In this document: one piece after another, positions 51,781 through 57,350 of the stretch
How positions within the stretch are numbered: position 1 is the first letter of the stretch
Layout: the number at the start of each line of letters is the position of its first letter
Source: Chiloscyllium plagiosum
Lineage: Eukaryota
DNA: 57,350 bases
NCBI RefSeq assembly: GCF_004010195.1
Contig: NW_025215357.1
Coordinates: forward strand, 63,486-120,835
Direction of reading: 5' to 3'
The notes under the pieces: model-generated
The model's input: the letters and a program-made list of their open reading frames with translations, nothing else
Databases searched by the model: none
What the model was told of the DNA's origin: nothing
Position numbers and translations under genes: made by a program

Positions 51781-54700
51781 GAGGAGATCCAAGATGGTGG
51801 CAGTATAAGTGGTCTGCTGTGCTGGGCTCTGTGCCATACCCAGGGCAAGGTGGACCTTTACTGCCCCCCCCCCCCCCTTATCAACTGCCCCAGGAGAAAA
51901 AAAGTATTGATTTTAAACTTGCTGACTATTCGGAGCTGCTGAAATCATTTGGGATGAAGTCCGGAAAAGGAAAGGGGCCTAAAGGAGGACAGCAGACAAG
52001 GTACTCCCCTACTGCATTGGGGTGCCTGCAGCCAGTGTTCAGACTCCCAGGGCAGCCCCTTTGGATCCAACAGGACAGCAGCTGGATTTTGCCAAACTCT
52101 GAACGTGGATTCAAGCAGCAGTTGATCCACTATCTGCCATGCTGAAAAACATGAGCAGGAAATCCAGCTGCTGGAATGAAGATTGGAGGCAGTGGAGGAC
52201 AGGATCGCGGCATCGGAGACTGTAGCGGAGGTCTCGGGAGAAAGAATCTGAAAGCTGGAAAACCAGATTCGGGTCCTTCAGGATCAAGTCGATGACCTGG
52301 AAAACAAAAACAAAATGAAACACTTACAGATCGTGGGTCTCCCAGACGCGAGGAAGGCGAGGACCTCATCGGCTTTTTGCAGGGGTTGCTCCTGAGGTTC
52401 CTAGGGTTGGGGTTGGAGTCGGAGCCGGGCCTGGTAAGCGTGGAGTGGGCCCACCGGATCACAATGCGCACGTCTGGATCGGACCCGCGTTCCCGCTCGG
52501 TCCTAATGCAGCTCCTGTATTATAGAGAAAAAGTTAATATTTGAAACAGCAAGAAGACTGGGAAGAAATTCACAAGCTTTAATGTATAAAGGTTCAAAGA
52601 TAATGCTTTTTTCAGGAATTTTCAGGAGCCTTAATCAACAAGAGAAGGCCAACTGATGATGTCAAGAAAGAATTAAGGGATCTGAACATTCAATACTCCT
52701 TGAGGTACCCGGCCGTGTTGCGTTTCGCCCATGGGGGATGATATATGTAACTCTGACTCCACAGAAAAGACAAAGGACTTTGTGAAGTCTTTGAATTGAA
52801 GGACCCGAGTCGGGATTGGAGGGAAGGGGGCATCATTGCGGACAATGGTTTTGGGGGTGTTTATTAGCCCCTTTCTACTTCCCTCTCCCCCTTGCTTTTT
52901 TTTTGGTTATTGGTTTTATATGTACAGCTTTGCTGTAAAATTGGAATTATTTTAGATATCGGTCGGTTGGGTATTATCTAAGGCTCCTTTTTTGCTATTG
53001 CTGTCCTTTTGATTTTGTATTGGGTGTGGCTAGATCTGTGGTTAGGACGTGTGGATTGGAGGGGGTGGTGGTGATGGGCATCCATTGTTAACTTTCAGAA
53101 TATAAATAACAACAGGTTTTCCTCATTTGTGAATTGCCTGGGGCTAGGGCATGGCCTCAGCTAGAGGGAGTTAAGATGGTAGTAAGGATTGGGAGGGGCA
53201 AGGGGGAAGATCTTGAGCCAATTGGGGGTAATTTGGGTATTTTCTTCAGATAAGTGTAGTGTTTTTTTTAGTTGTAGTTGTTTTTATAGGAATAGTTTTT
53301 CGATCTCATACAGTTATTATCTTTGTAACTCATCACACCTCAGATAAGCTCCCTCCTCCTGGGAAAACACAGGCTGCCCCAGATGACCATGGCTAGTGAT
53401 TCAGTTGGTGCACCTGGAATATAAATGGGAGCCATTCTCCTATTAAAAGAAAGAAGGTCTTATTAAGCCTCAGGAATGAAAGGATGGACATTGCCCTGCT
53501 GCAGGAAATGCATCTAACTGATAAGGAACATCTGAAACTGTAGCGGGGTGGGGTTTATGACAGGGTATTTTTCTCATCCTTCAGCTCAAAGAGAAGAGGA
53601 GTGGATATACTGATAAGAAGGAACCTCCCTCTCTAGGTAACAGAGCAGATTCAGGATGAACATGGATAGTTTATCATTCTTAAACCTCTAATACATGGAG
53701 AAGAGTGCGGCGTTTTTAATGTATATTGTCCCCGGCACACCCTCTTACATTTCTAATGGCTAACTTAATGAATCTTGGGGTTTGTCGTATAATTATAGGA
53801 AGGGATTTTAATTGCCTTATAGATCCAGAGATTGACAGGGTCCCAAAAGGCCTGGTAGGCACGCCCATGCAGTCTAAACAGATGGTGGCCATGTGCGATG
53901 AGTTGGGACTAGTGGATGTGTGAAGGCACCTCCACCCGAATGGAAGAGACTTCATGTTTGATTCTAATCCACACAAGTGCCATACGTGAATCGACATTTT
54001 TTTTATGCCAGCTGAAGGTTTGGACAGAACACTGGCATGCAGAATTGGGAATATAGCTGTTTTGGATCATGTGTCAGTGTATTTAGATGTTAAAATCAAG
54101 GATAGTGGAATGGATGCAAGTCACTGGCGCATGGATCCATTTTTGTTAGGGGATAGCAAATATGTTGAATATATTACAAGAGAGTTCAGGGCCTTTTGGG
54201 ATATCAATTCAGGTACGGCTAGTAATCCAGCAATACTTTGGGAGGCCACTAAGGCATATTTACGAGGCCTGATCATTTCATATTCGGCGACTAGAAAGAG
54301 GCAGAGGGAGGAGCAACAATGGATGCTGGAGGCCCGGCTGAAGATAGCTGAGAAAACATATTATAATAGGCCGTCATTGGTTAAGCTGCAGTGGGTCACA
54401 GCTCTCTGTGCTGCTCTCGACTCAATGTACACACAAGTGGCTAAAAAAAAGAGTTCTCCTTTGCCAAAGAAAGACTGCTTGAATTTGGAGATAAGCCTGG
54501 TAGATATCTGGCTTATTTGACTAGAAGGAAAAAAGCTTCTCAATCTATTACATCCGTTAGGAAGAAGGCTGGTACGATTACCCGTGAATTGAAGACAATC
54601 AATGTCCAGATTAGGGAATACTTTGCAGAGCTATATTGGTCGGAGAGGGACGAACACGGTACAATGGGAATGCAGTACTTTTTTGAAAATCTGGACCTGC

Positions 54701-57350
54701 CCAATATAAACCTGGAACAGGCTTCCCTTTTGAATGCGCCTATAATGATAAACAAGTGTAGGAAGCAATAAGGCATCTCCAGGCTGGCAAAGCACCGGGG
54801 CCAGATGGATTCCCAACTGAATTCTATAAGGAATTCATAAACATGTTAGTGGAGCCACTTCTGGGGATGTATAACTATTCTTACACACAGGATTGTCTTC
54901 CGCCTTCTCTTAGGGAGGCTAATATCTCCCTCATTTTAAAGAAGGGGAAGGATCCTGAAGAGTGTGCTTCATACAGAACAATTTCACTATCAAATATAGA
55001 TTTCAAAATTTTATCCAAGATGCTGGCTCTGAGGTTTGAGAAGGTCCTGCCACATATTATAAAAGAAGTTCAAATGGGTTTTCTCAAGGCTGTAGCTCCT
55101 CCAACAATATCAGGAGGGTACTGAACACAGTACAGGTATGCCAGCAAAGATTGATCCCGAGTTTGGTGGTCTCCCTAGACGCGAAAAAGGTGTTTGATTG
55201 GATAGAATAGCCGTATCTATTTGAGGTCCTAGAGCACTTTGGTTTGGGGGGGTTCCTTTGCCAGATGGGTAGCAGTACTATATAATGATCCCAAGGCGGT
55301 ATTATAAATGGTATTAAGTCAAATAGCTTTAATATTGGAAGAGGTAGTCGACAGGGGTGTCCTTTATTACCGCTGTTATTTACCTTGGCGAATGAACCGT
55401 TTACTGTAGCTATCAGGAGGGATCCTAAAAGAATAACGCCAAAGATGGGAATGGGGAGCATAAGATCACCCTATATACTGTCAACATCCTTTTGTTTTAG
55501 GCCAATCTGGAGAAGGCTGTTCCTCGACTGATCCAAGACAATTAATTCATATGGATCTATTAGGTGATTAAAATCCCCTCCTATAATCATACGACGAACC
55601 CCAAGATTCACTAATTTAGCCATTGCATCAATTAGAAATTTAAGAGGGTGCCAGGATCAATTTTTCAATTTTTCATGCCAGTAGGGGGATTAGTGGAGGC
55701 GCCTAATCTGAAGGATGAAATGCAATTCTCATTTAGATGGTCACCAAATCGTTTTCTTGTATTTGGGAATTTTTATAACCCCTTCCTTCCACCAGCTGTA
55801 TAAAGCTAAATGTGTACAACTACTAAAGAGGATAAAGCAGGATTTGCAGCAGTGGAAGGGGTTACATTATCATGGTTGCGCCGAATAGCCCTGATTAAGA
55901 TGAATATTCTTCCTCGACTTGTCTAGGTAACTTGTTGTTACCTAGACAAGTATTACGGAGGCTCAGTGGTTGGCTAGGGTCCTTTATTTGGTGCCATTGG
56001 CATCCTCTAATTAAATTCACTAAATTGCAGCTTTCACAGGGTGAGGGAGGGGTGTATCTTCTGGATTTGAAGAAATACCAAATAAGTGCTTTGTTAACAT
56101 ATGTTGGTAACTGGGTACGGGGGAATTCGGAGTTGATTTGGCTTGACATTGAAGTCTCGCAGTCAAGATGTCCTTTAATTAATGTATTATTCACAGACAA
56201 GATGAAATCCTTGATCCAGCAGTGTAAAAGTCCAATTATTTTAAATACGGTGAAAGCCTAGAGGATAATGAGGCAACATGAGGGCAATTTGTCTAAGACT
56301 TCGCCATTTACCCGGTTGGTGGGAGCCCAGGGATTTAAACCTGTGACAATAGACTCCAACTTTAAGGCATGGGAGAATAAGGGAATCTTCTGTCTGGGAG
56401 ACTTATTCGAGGGGGATGTCCTAATGTCATTTAGTCAGTTACGTCAGAAACATGGATTGTCTAATAGGGACCTTTTCCGATATTTCCAAATAAGGGACTA
56501 TAAACGAGGAAGACCACGCTCCCGGTCCAATGTTACAAATCAGACATGGAGAAAAGAATACTCCAATGTACAGGTGCTCTTTCACTCAGTACTTTATATC
56601 ATTTACACAAAGGTTGCACCTTGGGGGACATGGAAGGATGCTGTAGGACATGGAATCGAGAGTTAGGAGAGGATATTTCATCGGAGGTATGGGAAGACAT
56701 CTGGGGGAACGTCAGGAAATCTCAGTATTTAACAGAGCACAGGCCATGCAATTGAAGATCTTACACAGGGCTCATATGGCGCCAGAGAGGCTAGCTAAGT
56801 TCAAGAGCGGAGTATCATCAGGGTGTCCCCAATGTAATATTAGTATAGGCACTCTTACACGTTGCTACTGGTCATGTAGTAAGGTCCAGAGATACTGGAG
56901 TGCTATAGTAAGGGAGCTAAAGGACATCCTGGGGATTGAAATTAACGTGGATCTGGTAATTCTTCTTCTGGGGTTGCCAAACTTGCCCTCTCTGGGGAAA
57001 CATGGGAAGAGATTGTGTAACATTCTTACTGTGCGAGGAAGAACATTCTAGTGAATTGGACACTGGAAAACCCCCCAGGTCTCTTGGGGTGGCGCAGGCT
57101 GGTATTGGAGCATCTCCCCCAACACTACCTCACAAATATGATGCACCACAAAATGGAATAGCTTTACAAGACGTGGCGGCCCTTCCTAAATTATATTGAC
57201 GCTGACTTATCAGCAATATTAATCAGGGTCATGGTATAGCCGTGGGAATCAGTCTGGGTGCCTGTGGGGCCCTGGGAGGAGGAGACTGGAGGAAAAAGAA
57301 TACGGGGACTGTGGATGGTGCTCAGAGGGATGGGAGCCTCAGTGAAGGTG
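51781..57350 (+). mobile_element. Near full-length degenerate L1 (LINE-1): 5'UTR, ORF1 approx. 51950-52800, spacer, ORF2 approx. 53389-57239
   Basis: ORF2 pieces with endonuclease motifs (TWNING, IIGRDFN), KAPGPDGFP, YRTISLSNIDFKILSK, GRGSRQGCPL, and a C-terminal CPQC cysteine motif. Many stops and frameshifts; YADD decayed. The 3'UTR runs off the window. Confidence 0.93.

Overview
Vertebrate genomic DNA, almost certainly from a shark or other elasmobranch (HE1/V-SINEs, SacSINE-like SINEs, shark-type CR1 and Penelope repeats). The only host gene is EPAS1 (HIF-2alpha) on the + strand: six coding exons (orthologous to human exons 2-7; bHLH, PAS-A, start of PAS-B) with canonical AG/GT sites and compatible phases. 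Exon 1 lies upstream and exon 8 onward lies downstream of the window. The introns are mostly transposable-element debris: CR1 LINEs, tRNA-derived SINEs, a near full-length degenerate L1 in intron 7, Penelope-like elements and probable Harbinger remnants. The most notable non-coding signal is a set of short palindromic insertions from several families, flanked by target-site duplications (TSDs), that carry minimal hammerhead-ribozyme cores (CTGANGA-stem-GAAA plus a palindromic tetramer) of the Penelope type. They are sometimes nested in each other, and intact cores appear only on the strand antisense to EPAS1. All calls are by eye; repeat boundaries are approximate.
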